DNA of 64,000 nt from Paracoccaceae bacterium (GTDB taxonomy: Bacteria; Pseudomonadota; Alphaproteobacteria; Rhodobacterales; Rhodobacteraceae), in assembly GCA_041596235.1 (NCBI GenBank), contig JBFHIW010000008.1, positions 12,277 to 76,276 on the forward strand. Reading direction: 5' to 3'. The position numbers and the translations under genes were made by a program. Each line of letters opens with the position of its first letter. Position 1 is the stretch's first letter. Below the pieces are notes generated by a model. The model was given only the letters and a program-made list of their open reading frames with translations, was not told the DNA's origin and ran no database searches. Of this stretch, positions 49,546 to 59,761 are shown in pieces.

Positions 49546-50316
49546 ATGAGCAGCATCCTGTCTTTCATGACACCGGAAATACTGGGCTTTGCCCTGTTGG
49601 TCGCCCTTCTTGCGGGTATCGTCAAGGGGATGGTCGGCTTCGCCATGCCGATGATCATGATATCCTTGCTTGGCTCATTTGTCGCACCTGATGTGGCGCT
49701 GGCCGGGCTGATCCTTCCGACGCTGGTGACAAACGGGATGCAGGCCTTGCGGCAGGGCTGGGGACAGGCCTGGGCCTCGATCAAGAAGTTCCGTCTGTTC
49801 ATGCTGATCGGGCTGGTGGCCATGCTGATCAGTGCGCAACTGGTGCGGATCCTGCCGCAAGAGACGCTTTTGCTGATGATCGGCCTGCCTGTGGTGCTGT
49901 TCTGCGCGGTTCAGCTTATGGGTGTAGAGCTGCGTTTGCCGGAACGTGGCCGCGCCTGGGCCGAAGGTGCGATTGGCGGCTTTGCCGGATTCATCGGCGG
50001 GTTCTCGGGGGTCTGGGGGCCGCCCACGGTCATGTATCTGACGGCGCTTGATACGCCCAAGGTGGAACAGATGCGTGTTCAGGGCGTAATCTATGGCCTT
50101 GGTGCCGTTGCGCTGTTCGGAGCGCATGTCGGCTCTGGCGTGATGCGGGCCGAAACCCTGCCGTTTTCGGCGGCCATGATTGTTCCGGCCGTGCTGGGCA
50201 CATGGATCGGGTTCCAGATCCAGGACCGCATAGATCAGCGTGCCTTTCGCAAGGCAACGCTGGCCGTTCTCATGATTGCAGGCGTCAATCTGGTCAGGCG
50301 CAGTCTGATGGGGTGA
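49546..50316 (+). CDS. sulfite exporter TauE/SafE family membrane protein
   Basis: Internal Met MSSILSFMTPEILGFALLVALLAGIVKGMVGFAMP... is the typical TauE/SafE N-terminus. About 8 TM. Confidence 0.75.
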   Translation: MSSILSFMTPEILGFALLVALLAGIVKGMVGFAMPMIMISLLGSFVAPDVALAGLILPTLVTNGMQALRQGWGQAWASIKKFRLFMLIGLVAMLISAQLVRILPQETLLLMIGLPVVLFCAVQLMGVELRLPERGRAWAEGAIGGFAGFIGGFSGVWGPPTVMYLTALDTPKVEQMRVQGVIYGLGAVALFGAHVGSGVMRAETLPFSAAMIVPAVLGTWIGFQIQDRIDQRAFRKATLAVLMIAGVNLVRRSLMG

Positions 50317-50359
50317 CCCACCCCAGCGCCGCGCCTGCAGGATTGTGAGGTTTCCGTGC

Positions 50360-50737
50360 TCAGCGCGCAGCGCTGCTGCGCGGCTCTGACGATTGGCTGT
50401 TGGCGATCTCGGTGATGAAGCTGCGGATCTGGCCCCGCAGTCGATCATCCTTGATGCGTGTCAGCATGGAGGCAATCTTGGTTGCTTCCTCATCCAGAAC
50501 CTGCGGCGATGCCGCACCGCTTTCCAGCCCGTCGAAGAAATAAGAGGGGGCGACTTTCAGGATATGTGACAGTTCGAACAGTTTGCTTGCGGAGATACGG
50601 TTGCGGCCAAGTTCGTATTTCTGGACTTGCTGAAACGATATGTTCAAGCCATCGGCAACATCGGTCTGTGTCATCCCGCGCAGGATGCGCAGCTGTTTCA
50701 GCTTCTGACCAACGTGAACGTCTACCGGATGTGACAT
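50360..50737 (-). CDS. XRE-family HTH transcriptional regulator (PraR/PhrR-like)
   Basis: 125 aa. VHVGQKLKQLRILRGMTQTDVADGLNISFQQVQKYELGRNRISASKLFELSHILKVAPSYFF. Confidence 0.8.
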   Translation of the reverse strand: MSHPVDVHVGQKLKQLRILRGMTQTDVADGLNISFQQVQKYELGRNRISASKLFELSHILKVAPSYFFDGLESGAASPQVLDEEATKIASMLTRIKDDRLRGQIRSFITEIANSQSSEPRSSAAR

Positions 50738-50985
50738 GGTGCACTCTCATATATTTCTACTATTGAGAGAATGGCGCAACCGTCGAATCAATCAACTTGT
50801 TAGTTTTTTACGCTTTATTGTGATCAATAATGAAGAAATTGACACAAATCATACTTGGATGTATGATCTATTCTACGTTAATGGGTTATAAATTTACAGT
50901 CATTCGTCTCTCTCCCAATCTGCCACCGGTTCCTTAGGCAATGTGTTGTGTGGTCAAGTGACGAGCCTGTGTAGGGGCAAGCAAG

Positions 50986-51870
50986 GTGAAACAGCAAAGT
51001 AATCAATCCCTTCTTTTCGAAATGCTGCGATCCTTCGTTACCCTCGCAGACACTTTGAATGTGTCGCGCGCCGTGAACGAACTGGGTGTCACGCGTCAGA
51101 CATTGCGGCGCCATATCGAGCTGCTGGAGGAGGCGCGGGGCAAGTCCCTCTTCTACCTCGAGGACCGGCAATACCATCTGACCGAGGATGGGCAGGGCGC
51201 TGTCCATGAGGCGCGCAGCCTTCTGGCGCGCGGACGCGCGTGGCTTGACGGGCAGGCGCGGCATCGCGAGGGGCTGTTCAACTTCACGCTCACGCGCGAG
51301 AACGGGTATTACTATCATCTGCAGCAGCACCCCATCTCGCGGATCTGGACGCATGAGGGGCCGATCCTGCGGGAAACCATCAAGTCATGGGCACTGTCCG
51401 AAGGGCAGATCGAACATCCCGCTTTCCAGTCGGTGCGCCCGCATGCGCTTGTGTTCCGGTATATCGACAATTACTGGCTTTGCGCCGAAGTGGGTGAGCG
51501 TTCGGATTTCGCCCATTGGTACGGGTGGAGCTGGGCGCGCAGCAGCGTCGGCCTTAAGATTGATGGCCTGCCCGGCGCGGGTCGCTTCAACTTCTCTGCT
51601 GCGCAATCCTATGACGAATTGCGCGCGACCCAGGGGTTGCGTCTGGATCACGTGGCAACGCAGATGCCGCATGGCCCCGATGACGAGATGCGCCCGATCT
51701 GCTTTGCGCGTCTTCTGCTGGGCAGCCGGTTTCCCGATGGCAGCTTTGCCATGATCTCGATGGTGGATCGGTCCAGTCAGATCGACATTCCCGGACTGGA
51801 TCCACAGCTCATCGAAGCCGCCAGCGGGATTGAGACAGTGGCGCATGAAATAGTGAGTCGCCGCGCATAA
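50986..51870 (+). CDS. LysR-type HTH regulator with an atypical C-terminal domain (GTG start)
   Basis: The N-terminus LRSFVTLADTLNVSRAVNELGVTRQTLRRHIELLEEARGKSLF is a LysR wHTH. The remaining ~200 aa (Trp/His-rich, e.g. WYGWSWARSS) does not look like the usual LysR effector domain. Confidence 0.55.
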   Translation: MKQQSNQSLLFEMLRSFVTLADTLNVSRAVNELGVTRQTLRRHIELLEEARGKSLFYLEDRQYHLTEDGQGAVHEARSLLARGRAWLDGQARHREGLFNFTLTRENGYYYHLQQHPISRIWTHEGPILRETIKSWALSEGQIEHPAFQSVRPHALVFRYIDNYWLCAEVGERSDFAHWYGWSWARSSVGLKIDGLPGAGRFNFSAAQSYDELRATQGLRLDHVATQMPHGPDDEMRPICFARLLLGSRFPDGSFAMISMVDRSSQIDIPGLDPQLIEAASGIETVAHEIVSRRA

Positions 51871-51940
51871 CGTCTGCGTGAAAACTATCGGATAGTTTAC
51901 AATCCTTGGTGGGCCTTTCACCACCAAGGAGATCCCTTGC

Positions 51941-52648
51941 ATGTCGATACATGATGTTTTTTTGCGTTGGCCGTTGCTTTCTGAAGCGGCCGAAATCCTG
52001 CGTGAGCAGAAAATGATCGTGACAATAGGTCACGATTTTAACGAGTACCGGAAGATCGTCACTGCGGGTCGACCTCATCAGCCGGTCAGCCTCCCTTTCA
52101 ATGCTGATTTGCATAACCTTTCAAAAACAAATGCGTTTTGGGTGTGTGGTCATACAGTGCAAGGTCAGTTGGCCCATACCCAGGCGGTGCGGTTGGTGGA
52201 TGTGGGCGAACAGTCCCTTGGGGGATACCTCAGGCGGTCGTTCCGCGACTTCCCCCCTGCTGGCGTATCCCTGGACATGACGGCTTCGCGCTATCGCGCC
52301 GGACCCGGTGCGCGGCGAATCAAGGGGCGGCTCTGCTACCATGGCGAGATGTGGATTGATGAGAATGCGGGCAGTTATCGTGGCCGCGGGATGTCGTCCG
52401 TGTTGTCGCGACTTGGGTTTGCCATCGCGCTGCGCGATCTGAACCCCGACTTCATCTTTGCCTTCATGGTGCGGTCGGTTGCCTTCAAGGGTTTGGCGGA
52501 GCGGGCCGGTTTCATGCATACCGAGCCGGCGTCGCTGTCATGGAAGCTGCGCGACAAGGATCGCGCGATCGAAGCCTTCACGGCCTATCTGTCGCGCGAA
52601 GACCTGCGGTATCTGCTGCGGCTGCCGCTGGAAGAACTGGTGTCCTGA
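51941..52648 (+). CDS. hypothetical protein, possible divergent GNAT-fold acyltransferase
   Basis: 235 aa. MWIDENAGSYRGRGMSSVLSRLGFAIAL resembles GNAT motif A (R-x-x-G-x-G/A). The gene is visibly AT-richer than its neighbours. Confidence 0.35.
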   Translation: MSIHDVFLRWPLLSEAAEILREQKMIVTIGHDFNEYRKIVTAGRPHQPVSLPFNADLHNLSKTNAFWVCGHTVQGQLAHTQAVRLVDVGEQSLGGYLRRSFRDFPPAGVSLDMTASRYRAGPGARRIKGRLCYHGEMWIDENAGSYRGRGMSSVLSRLGFAIALRDLNPDFIFAFMVRSVAFKGLAERAGFMHTEPASLSWKLRDKDRAIEAFTAYLSREDLRYLLRLPLEELVS

Positions 52649-52667
52649 GAGCCTGAGCACGACAGGC

Positions 52668-52856
52668 TCAGAGATCGTTCCGGCATTGGTCGATCAGTTG
52701 AGTGACCCTTGCCGGATCGTTCAGGGCATGTGCCAGGGCAAGCACCAGCTTGGCCAGATAGACCGGGGTGGCGGATTGGCCCGCTGTCGCCTCGGTCGCG
52801 TCGATGGCCTTCGCCAGTGCTTCGTACACGGTTTCGATCCCGGAATGCGGTGTCAT
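52668..52856 (-). CDS. DUF2783 domain-containing small protein
   Basis: 62 aa. VYEALAKAID...YLAKLVLALAHALNDP... Its start overlaps the stop of the upstream FAD monooxygenase by 4 nt, the usual pairing for this family. Confidence 0.6.
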   Translation of the reverse strand: MTPHSGIETVYEALAKAIDATEATAGQSATPVYLAKLVLALAHALNDPARVTQLIDQCRNDL

Positions 52857-54469
52857 GTCCTGTCCTTCTGTCTTGCGGTCACGTGATCCATGGCGGCCTC
52901 TACCGCAGCTTCTGAGGGCATCTTGTGCCAGCGGGCTGCTATGTGCAGGTCGGGCCGGATCAACCAGGCGTTGCCCGCCCTCGCGCCCAGCACGGACGCG
53001 GCATGGTCTGTCGGATCAAGCGCCAGAACAGACAGGCCCGGGCAGGCGATCATTTCGGGGGCGTCGCCGAAGCATAGCAGCGTAAAGCCCCGTCCCAGCA
53101 TGTCGGTCAGAAAACCGCCCCGCGCCATTGCGACCGAGGGTATGACCGCACCGGGCACCGGGCCGGTTTCCCCGGCTGCGTCATCCCACAGGGTCGCCGG
53201 GCTGTCTGCATAGGTATAGGGCTGCATCTGGCGCGGATTGGCCAGCTGGCCTGCCCATTCGTGCTGCAGCGCCAAAGACAGGGCCGCATCGCGCAGGATC
53301 TGCCATCCACGGGTGGGCGGCGTCATGAAGCGTGTGCTTTTGGTTGCATTGGCAAAGACATCCAGCGTCGCACCGCGCCGTTCGGGCGTATAGCTGTCCA
53401 GCAGGCCTTCGCCTGCGCGACCGGACAGTACCCAGCCCAGTTTCCAGCCGATGTTCTGTGCGTCTGCCAGACCGTTGTTCAGCCCGCGGACCCCGAAGAT
53501 CGGCACGATATGGGCGCTGTCACCGACAAAGAAGATGCGCCCGTCGCGGTAGTCGTCCAGCGCAAGGGTATTGGCGGAATAGACGCTCCACCATTCAAGC
53601 TCCCAGGGGCCATGGTGCCCGATGTCCTTGAGAACGGCCGCGACACTGGCGCGCACGGTGTCCTCGCGTGTCGCCTCCTCGGCGGTTTCGCCCTCTTGCA
53701 GCTGGTAGTCGATGCGCCAGATGTTGTCGGGCTGGCGATGGATCAGAACGGTGCCACCGGGACGGCAGGCGGGATCGAAAAGTGCGCGGCGGATGGTGGG
53801 GTAGTCATGGTCCATCTGCACATCGGCGATGACATACCGGCCTTCGTAATTCTCGCCGCGCAGGCGCAGGCCGCGCATCGCGCGGATGGGTGAGCGGGCG
53901 CCGTCCGCCGCCAGAAGCCAGTCGGCGGTCAGGCTGTAGTCGCCCGCAGGATCGTCGAGCGTGACCGTCACGCCATCATCCAGATCGGATACAGCCGTCA
54001 CCTCGGTCTGCCAGCGCGTTTCGATCAGGGGATGGGCGGCGACCGCCTGCCACAGATAGGCCTCGATATACTGCTGTTGCAGATTGTACATCGGCCGGAA
54101 CTTTTCATCCGGGCTGTCGGCCATGTGGAATTCAAGGATCTGGCGGCCACGATAGAAGCTGCGCCCGGTGGTCCAGCCAAGCGCCTTGTCGAGGAACGGA
54201 GACAGCGCGCCGATCCGTTCGAGGATGTGAAAGCTGGACCGCGCGATGCAGATGGCGCGGCTGCCATCGTTGAACGTATCCTTGCGATCCACCAGCAGGA
54301 CGGGCACGCCCTCTGCGGCAAGGCTCAGGGCGGCGGTCATGCCGATCGGGCCGGCACCGGCCACGATGACCCGGTGGCGCCCCTGCCGCGCCGCATCCGG
54401 ACCCGGTGCGCCGAACCGCGGATAGGTGAAGTAAAGCGAGTCTGTCTCGTTGCGCCCTGCCGGTCTCAT
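52853..54469 (-). CDS. FAD-dependent aromatic-ring monooxygenase (MhpA/PheA-like)
   Basis: Internal Met MRPAGRNE... The motifs VIVAGAGPIGMTAALSL, ADGARSPIR and GDSAHIVPIFGVRGLNNGLADA are the class-A flavoprotein monooxygenase fingerprints. Confidence 0.85.
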   Translation of the reverse strand: MRPAGRNETDSLYFTYPRFGAPGPDAARQGRHRVIVAGAGPIGMTAALSLAAEGVPVLLVDRKDTFNDGSRAICIARSSFHILERIGALSPFLDKALGWTTGRSFYRGRQILEFHMADSPDEKFRPMYNLQQQYIEAYLWQAVAAHPLIETRWQTEVTAVSDLDDGVTVTLDDPAGDYSLTADWLLAADGARSPIRAMRGLRLRGENYEGRYVIADVQMDHDYPTIRRALFDPACRPGGTVLIHRQPDNIWRIDYQLQEGETAEEATREDTVRASVAAVLKDIGHHGPWELEWWSVYSANTLALDDYRDGRIFFVGDSAHIVPIFGVRGLNNGLADAQNIGWKLGWVLSGRAGEGLLDSYTPERRGATLDVFANATKSTRFMTPPTRGWQILRDAALSLALQHEWAGQLANPRQMQPYTYADSPATLWDDAAGETGPVPGAVIPSVAMARGGFLTDMLGRGFTLLCFGDAPEMIACPGLSVLALDPTDHAASVLGARAGNAWLIRPDLHIAARWHKMPSEAAVEAAMDHVTARQKDRT

Positions 54470-54547
54470 GCGGGAAATGATCCTTCTTTTGCCGTTGTTG
54501 CTTGTAGCAAGTCTTTGTGCCGCATTCTGTCCTTCTTTTGGTGGGAC

Positions 54548-54812
54548 ATGCCCGATGCGATCCTGCCGATCCTCGGGCACCTTGCGTTGCTGCATGTCGA
54601 ACGGCGCAGTGCCGGTGGTGTGCCTGATGCCCTGATGGCGCTTTCGGCACGGGAGCGCGGTTTGCCTTGGCATGCTGGACGGCAAGAAGGCCGAGGCAAT
54701 TGCGGATGATCTGGGTGTCGCCCCGACCAGCGTGGTGACCTATCGCAGGCGGGCCTATGACAAGCTTGGCATCTCATCACGCGGCGAGTTGTTTGCGATC
54801 TGCCGCGCATGA
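54548..54812 (+). pseudogene. LuxR/GerE-type HTH regulator, frameshifted
   Basis: Frame A reads MPDAILPILGHL...ALMALSARERG. From 54660, frame B reads VCLGMLDGKKAEAIADDLGVAPTSVVTYRRRAYDKLGISSRGELFAICRA* (stop 54810-54812). The canonical LSxRE...GxxxxEIA...TVxxHxxxIxxKLG helix-turn-helix is split by a 1-nt shift near 54659. Confidence 0.6.
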
Positions 54813-54850
54813 AAAGACCCCGGTCATCGCTGGCCGGGGTCCTTGATCAT
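54811..54850. terminator. bidirectional terminator between the luxR-like gene and pckA
   Basis: The hairpin GACCCCGG-(10 nt)-CCGGGGTC is flanked by AAAA on the left (a T-run for pckA on the minus strand) and CTTGATCATTT on the right. Confidence 0.6.
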
Positions 54851-54891
54851 TTCCGGGCCGACCCTGCGGGCCAGTCCCTGTGCGGAAAGGT

Positions 54892-56490
54892 TCAGCCGAT
54901 GGCTGCGGCCTTCACGTCCTCGTCGATATAGGGAACGTATTGGGCGAAGTTGTCGGCGAACATCTGCACCAGTTTCGCGGCCTGACGGTCATAGGCTTCG
55001 GCGTCATGCCAGGTGCGGCGCGGATCCAGCAGAACCTCCGCCACGCCTTCCACGGCAACAGGCACATCAAAGCCGAAGTTCTCGTCCTTGCGGAACTCGA
55101 CGTCATTCAGGCTGCCGTCAAGTGCGGCCGTCAGAAGCGCGCGGGTCGCGCGGATCGGCATCCGGCTGCCGGTGCCATAGGCGCCGCCGGTCCAGCCGGT
55201 GTTCACCAGCCAGCAGGTCGCACCATGCTTGGCGATCTTGGCTTGCAGCAGCTTGCCATAGGCTTCGGGGCGGCGCGGCATGAAGGGGGCGCCAAAGCAG
55301 GTCGAGAAGGTGGGTTCGGGCTCGGTCACGCCACGCTCGGTCCCGGCGACCTTCGAGGTGAAGCCCGACAGGAAGTGATACATCGCCTGCGCCGGCGTCA
55401 GCCGCGCAATCGGAGGGAGGACGCCGAAGGCATCGCAGGTCAGCATGATGACATTCTTGGGATGCCCACCGAGTGCTGTTTCGGACGCGTTCGAGATATA
55501 GCCCAGCGGATAGGCGCAACGCATGTTCGCCGTCAGGCTGTCATCGTCGAAATCCAGCTCGAACGTCTCGGGATCGAAGATCATGTTCTCGATCACGGTG
55601 CCGAACTTGGTGGTGGTCGCGTAGATCTCGGGCTCGGCCTCGGCGCTAAGGTTGATGGTCTTGGCATAGCAGCCGCCTTCGAAGTTGAAGGTGCCGCGAT
55701 CCGACCAGCCATGTTCATCGTCACCGATCAGCGTGCGCGCGGGATCAGCCGACAGCGTGGTCTTGCCGGTGCCCGACAGGCCAAAGAACACGGCGGTGTC
55801 GACCGGGTTGCCGGTGGCGTGGTTGGCCGAGCAATGCATCGGCATCACGCCTTTTTCCGGCAGCAGGTAGTTCAGAAGGGTGAAGACGGATTTCTTGTTT
55901 TCTCCCGCATATTCGGTGCCGCCGATCAGGATCATCTTGGCGTCGAAGTTCATCGCGATGACGGTTTCCGAGCGGCAGTTGTGACGCGCGGGGTCCGCCT
56001 TGAAGCTGGGGCAGTTGATCACGGTGAAATCGGCGGTGAACCGGTCCAGCGCCTCACGTTCGGGGCGGCGCAGCAGGTGGCGGATGAACAGGCCATGCCA
56101 GGCCAGTTCGGTCACCATGCGCACGTTGATCGCCAGTTCGGGATCGGCGCCAGCCACGAGGTCCTGCACGTAGTAGGTGCCACCCTTCATGTGTTCCAGC
56201 ATGTCGGCATGCAGCGCATCGAACCCTTCGGGCGACATGGCGGCGTTGTTTTCCCACCAGATGCTGTCTTCGACGGATGCCGTGCGCACCACGTGCTTGT
56301 CCTTGGGCGAGCGTCCGGTGAACTTGCCGGTCGTCACGAGGAAGGCGCCGCCGTTGCCCAGCGTGCCCTCGCCGTTCTTGAGCGCCGATTCGATCAGCGC
56401 TGGCTCCATAAGATTGTAAAAGACATTGCCCAGCCCGTTGATCCCTTGATCTTCAAGCCGGAATTGCGGGTTTACCCGTCCAAATGCCAT
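54892..56490 (-). CDS. pckA: phosphoenolpyruvate carboxykinase (ATP)
   Basis: Internal Met [10 protein letters not shown]... [17 protein letters not shown] and [13 protein letters not shown] are ATP-PEPCK hallmarks. Confidence 0.9.
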   Translation of the reverse strand: MAFGRVNPQFRLEDQGINGLGNVFYNLMEPALIESALKNGEGTLGNGGAFLVTTGKFTGRSPKDKHVVRTASVEDSIWWENNAAMSPEGFDALHADMLEHMKGGTYYVQDLVAGADPELAINVRMVTELAWHGLFIRHLLRRPEREALDRFTADFTVINCPSFKADPARHNCRSETVIAMNFDAKMILIGGTEYAGENKKSVFTLLNYLLPEKGVMPMHCSANHATGNPVDTAVFFGLSGTGKTTLSADPARTLIGDDEHGWSDRGTFNFEGGCYAKTINLSAEAEPEIYATTTKFGTVIENMIFDPETFELDFDDDSLTANMRCAYPLGYISNASETALGGHPKNVIMLTCDAFGVLPPIARLTPAQAMYHFLSGFTSKVAGTERGVTEPEPTFSTCFGAPFMPRRPEAYGKLLQAKIAKHGATCWLVNTGWTGGAYGTGSRMPIRATRALLTAALDGSLNDVEFRKDENFGFDVPVAVEGVAEVLLDPRRTWHDAEAYDRQAAKLVQMFADNFAQYVPYIDEDVKAAAIG

Positions 56491-56632
56491 ATTGCCAAAC
56501 TCCTGTAGCCGCGCGTGGGGCGGCGGTCCCGTGTTCACGTGAAGCGGGCAAATTGCCCGACTGGGCGGCCTCTGTCCGGGCCGATGCGTCGCCTCTTAAC
56601 ATGATGGTTCGTTGAAGGAACAGAAGGGTTTT

Positions 56633-56670
56633 TCGCAGTTAGCGCAACCAGTCGCAGTTTAGCGCAACCA
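56633..56670. promoter_or_regulatory. tandem direct repeats in the pckA-chvI intergenic region (candidate response-regulator operator)
   Basis: TCGCAGTTAGCGCAACCA (56633-56650) and TCGCAGTTTAGCGCAACCA (56652-56670). They are bracketed by the 10-bp inverted repeat GAAGGAACAG (56615-56624) / CTGTTCCTTC (56691-56700). Confidence 0.35.
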
Positions 56671-56864
56671 TGGCGGAATTCCCCATTGGACTGTTCCTTC
56701 ACCGGAAACTGTAACTGATGCAATTTAGCCATTGCTTAGGTTTTTTACGACTAAATACGACACAGGTTCGGCCTGATTCGTAGTTAGGGATTGATTGTAA
56801 AGACCAAAAAGACGATGAATTAAGGAAAAAATCAGGCGTAACGAGCAGTACAAGGAAATCCGCC

Positions 56865-57566
56865 ATGTCAAAAATCGCCCTCGTGGACGATGACAGGAAT
56901 ATTCTGACATCGGTTGCCATGACCCTCGAAGCCGAGGGTTTTGAAGTAGAAACTTACAACGACGGGCAATCCGCCCTCGATGCATTCAACAAGAAATTGC
57001 CCGATATGGCTGTGCTGGACATCAAGATGCCGCGCATGGACGGGATGGATCTTCTGCAGCGCCTGCGTCAGAAGACCTCGATGCCGGTCATTTTCCTGAC
57101 CTCCAAGGATGACGAGATCGACGAGGTGCTTGGTCTGCGGATGGGGGCCGACGACTACGTCAAGAAGCCCTTCTCGCAGCGCCTGCTGGTCGAGCGTATT
57201 CGCGCCCTCCTGCGCAGACAGGATGCGGTTGCCGGTGACATCGTCGGGGATACCGAAGAAACCAAGGTGATGGAGCGGGGCGAGCTGCGGATGGATCCGC
57301 TGCGCCATTCCGTGACATGGAAAGGCCGTGACGTGTCGCTGACCGTTACCGAATTCCTGCTGCTTCAGGCGCTGGCGCAGCGTCCGGGCTTCGTGAAAAG
57401 CCGTGACCAGTTGATGGACGTGGCTTATGATGATCAAGTGTATGTTGATGACCGCACGATCGACAGCCATATCAAGCGGCTGCGCAAGAAGATGCGGACG
57501 GCGGATCCTGAGTTTTCAGCGATCGAGACCCTGTATGGTATCGGCTACAGATATAACGAAGAGTGA
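56865..57566 (+). CDS. chvI: OmpR-family response regulator ChvI
   Basis: [34 protein letters not shown]...[67 protein letters not shown] is nearly collinear with rhizobial ChvI. Confidence 0.9.
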   Translation: MSKIALVDDDRNILTSVAMTLEAEGFEVETYNDGQSALDAFNKKLPDMAVLDIKMPRMDGMDLLQRLRQKTSMPVIFLTSKDDEIDEVLGLRMGADDYVKKPFSQRLLVERIRALLRRQDAVAGDIVGDTEETKVMERGELRMDPLRHSVTWKGRDVSLTVTEFLLLQALAQRPGFVKSRDQLMDVAYDDQVYVDDRTIDSHIKRLRKKMRTADPEFSAIETLYGIGYRYNEE

Positions 57567-59269
57567 TGGCACTCGCGGAAAGGATCAGCTTGCGCGACGC
57601 GACGCCCCGGCGGGACGGTGATGTAATTCTGGGCGACGATTTCGTCGCCCCGGATGCCGTTGTCGAAGGGGAATTGCGTCACAAGCGCGAACGGCGCGGC
57701 TTGTTCTCACTCAAGGACTCGCCGCTCACCCGCAAGATCATCACCTTCAACCTGGTGGCCTTGAATATTCTGGTGGCGGGTATCCTGCTGATGAACTCCT
57801 CGCGGGAGCCATTGGCGGTGCAGCGTATCAACAGCCTTCTGGGTGAAGCCGAGCTGATTGCCAGTGTCTTCGAAGTTCAGGCGGCAACGGGTCTGTCCGT
57901 CGATACGGGCCCAAGCACACAGACCACGCTCGCCGCTCTTGACCTGCGCAGCGGGCTTGAAGTGTTCGTCTTCGATGCGAAAGGCGCCTTGCTGGGGCAA
58001 GGATCCGGCGCCGGTATCCTGCAATCCGGCGGCACGGTGCGCAATGAGCCCACTATCATCGTCGATTTCCTGTCCTGGCTCTGGTCCGGCGTGGCCGCTT
58101 TGACACCCTTCGGTGACGAACAGCCCGGTCTGACCCATGAACAGCTTGCGCGCGCGCAGGTCGAACAGGCGCTGGCCAGCGGCACCACCTACAGTACCGC
58201 GCATGATGTCAGCGGGACGACCACCTTCACGGTGGCAAGCCCGGTGATCAAGGACGGAAAGCTATTCGGCGCCGTTGCCCTTGTCAACGCGGGTGGCGAG
58301 ATCGATACACTTGTCCGGATCGAGCGGGAACGCGTGTTGCAGATGTTCCTGATCGCCACGCTGGTCTCGATCGGGCTAAGCATCGTTCTGGCCTCGACCA
58401 TTGCGAATCCCATTTCCGATCTGGCGGCCGCAGCCGAGATCGGGCGCGACCGCGACCGTCGCAAGGCGGCCAACGGGCGCATCCGCATCCCCGACATGAC
58501 CGCGCGCCCCGACGAGATCGGCCGCCTGTCCGGTGCGCTGCGCGGCATGGTGTCCGCGCTTTACGACCGGATCGACGGGAACGAACAGTTTGCCGCAGAT
58601 GTGGCGCATGAGATCAAGAACCCGCTGGCCTCGCTGCGCTCGGCTGTCGGCACGTTGCGCGTGGCCAAACGTGACGATCAGCGCGCCAAGTTGCTGGACG
58701 TGATCGAACATGATGTCCGCCGGCTGGATCGTCTTGTCTCGGACATCTCGAACGCCTCGCGTCTGGACAGTGAGCTGGTCAAGGAAGAGCAGGAGCCTTT
58801 CGATCTTCTCAGGATGCTGGGGAATCTTGGCGATTATCTGGGGCAGGAAGCCGGTGCGCAGGGGATCGACTTCATCACGGACCTTCCGGATGAGCCGATT
58901 GTCGTGCATGGCCTTGAGGCGCGGTTGGCACAGGTCTTTGTCAACCTGATCACCAATGCGATCAGTTTCTGCGAGGATGGTGATGCCATTCGCGTCTGGG
59001 CCCGTCAGCGCGAGAACCGCGTGCTTGTCGTGGTCGAGGATACAGGCCCCGGCATCCCCGAAGAGGCGCTGACCAAGGTCTTCAAGCGCTTCTATTCGGA
59101 ACGCCCTGCAGGCCAGTTCGGCAACAATTCGGGCCTTGGGCTGGCGATCTCCAAGCAGATCGTCGAAGCGCATGATGGTGTGATCTGGGCCGAGAATATC
59201 CGCCCGACCGATGCGGATCCGACGTCAGAGCCGCTGGGCGCGCGTTTTGTCGTGGGCCTGCCGGTCTGA
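57563..59269 (+). CDS. chvG: sensor histidine kinase ChvG/ExoS
   Basis: 568 aa with two TM segments flanking a periplasmic domain, a HAMP domain, the H-box [13 protein letters not shown], and N/G boxes. Its start overlaps the chvI stop. Confidence 0.85.
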   Translation: MMALAERISLRDATPRRDGDVILGDDFVAPDAVVEGELRHKRERRGLFSLKDSPLTRKIITFNLVALNILVAGILLMNSSREPLAVQRINSLLGEAELIASVFEVQAATGLSVDTGPSTQTTLAALDLRSGLEVFVFDAKGALLGQGSGAGILQSGGTVRNEPTIIVDFLSWLWSGVAALTPFGDEQPGLTHEQLARAQVEQALASGTTYSTAHDVSGTTTFTVASPVIKDGKLFGAVALVNAGGEIDTLVRIERERVLQMFLIATLVSIGLSIVLASTIANPISDLAAAAEIGRDRDRRKAANGRIRIPDMTARPDEIGRLSGALRGMVSALYDRIDGNEQFAADVAHEIKNPLASLRSAVGTLRVAKRDDQRAKLLDVIEHDVRRLDRLVSDISNASRLDSELVKEEQEPFDLLRMLGNLGDYLGQEAGAQGIDFITDLPDEPIVVHGLEARLAQVFVNLITNAISFCEDGDAIRVWARQRENRVLVVVEDTGPGIPEEALTKVFKRFYSERPAGQFGNNSGLGLAISKQIVEAHDGVIWAENIRPTDADPTSEPLGARFVVGLPV

Positions 59270-59270
59270 G

Positions 59271-59744
59271 ATGAAAGAGAGCCAGCAGGGCGCGGGACGG
59301 TCTGACAACGAGACGCGTCTTGTCCTGCACTCCACGACCGTCGCCCTGCATGGTCACGCTGTCCTGATCCGGGGTGAATCCGGGCGCGGAAAGTCATCGC
59401 TGGCACTGCAACTCATGTCGCTGGGTGCAGGCTTGGTTGCCGATGATCGCACCATTATCTGGCGCGAAGATCGCGGTGCCGAGGATGATCGGATCATCGC
59501 GGACGCGCCGGACGCGTTGCGTGGCCAGATCGAGGCGCGTGGTGTCGGCATCCTCGGGGCGAAGGCTGTCGGCCCCTGCCGGATCGGCCTTGTCGTGGAT
59601 CTGGACCGGCTGGAAGAGGCGCGCCTGCCGCCTTATCGAACGATAGATCTGCTGGGGCTTTGCCTTCCGTGCGTTCACAGAGTAGATAGCCCTGCTTTTC
59701 CTGCCGCAATTCTGCAATATCTTGCAGCAGGGCGGGTGGCGTAG
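59271..59744 (+). CDS. hprK: HPr kinase/phosphorylase, short alphaproteobacterial form (C-terminal domain only)
   Basis: Internal Met MKESQQG..., one nt after the chvG stop. P-loop [14 protein letters not shown] and EARGVGIL. Confidence 0.8.
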   Translation: MKESQQGAGRSDNETRLVLHSTTVALHGHAVLIRGESGRGKSSLALQLMSLGAGLVADDRTIIWREDRGAEDDRIIADAPDALRGQIEARGVGILGAKAVGPCRIGLVVDLDRLEEARLPPYRTIDLLGLCLPCVHRVDSPAFPAAILQYLAAGRVA

Positions 59745-59761
59745 GCGAAAGGCGAACCGAC

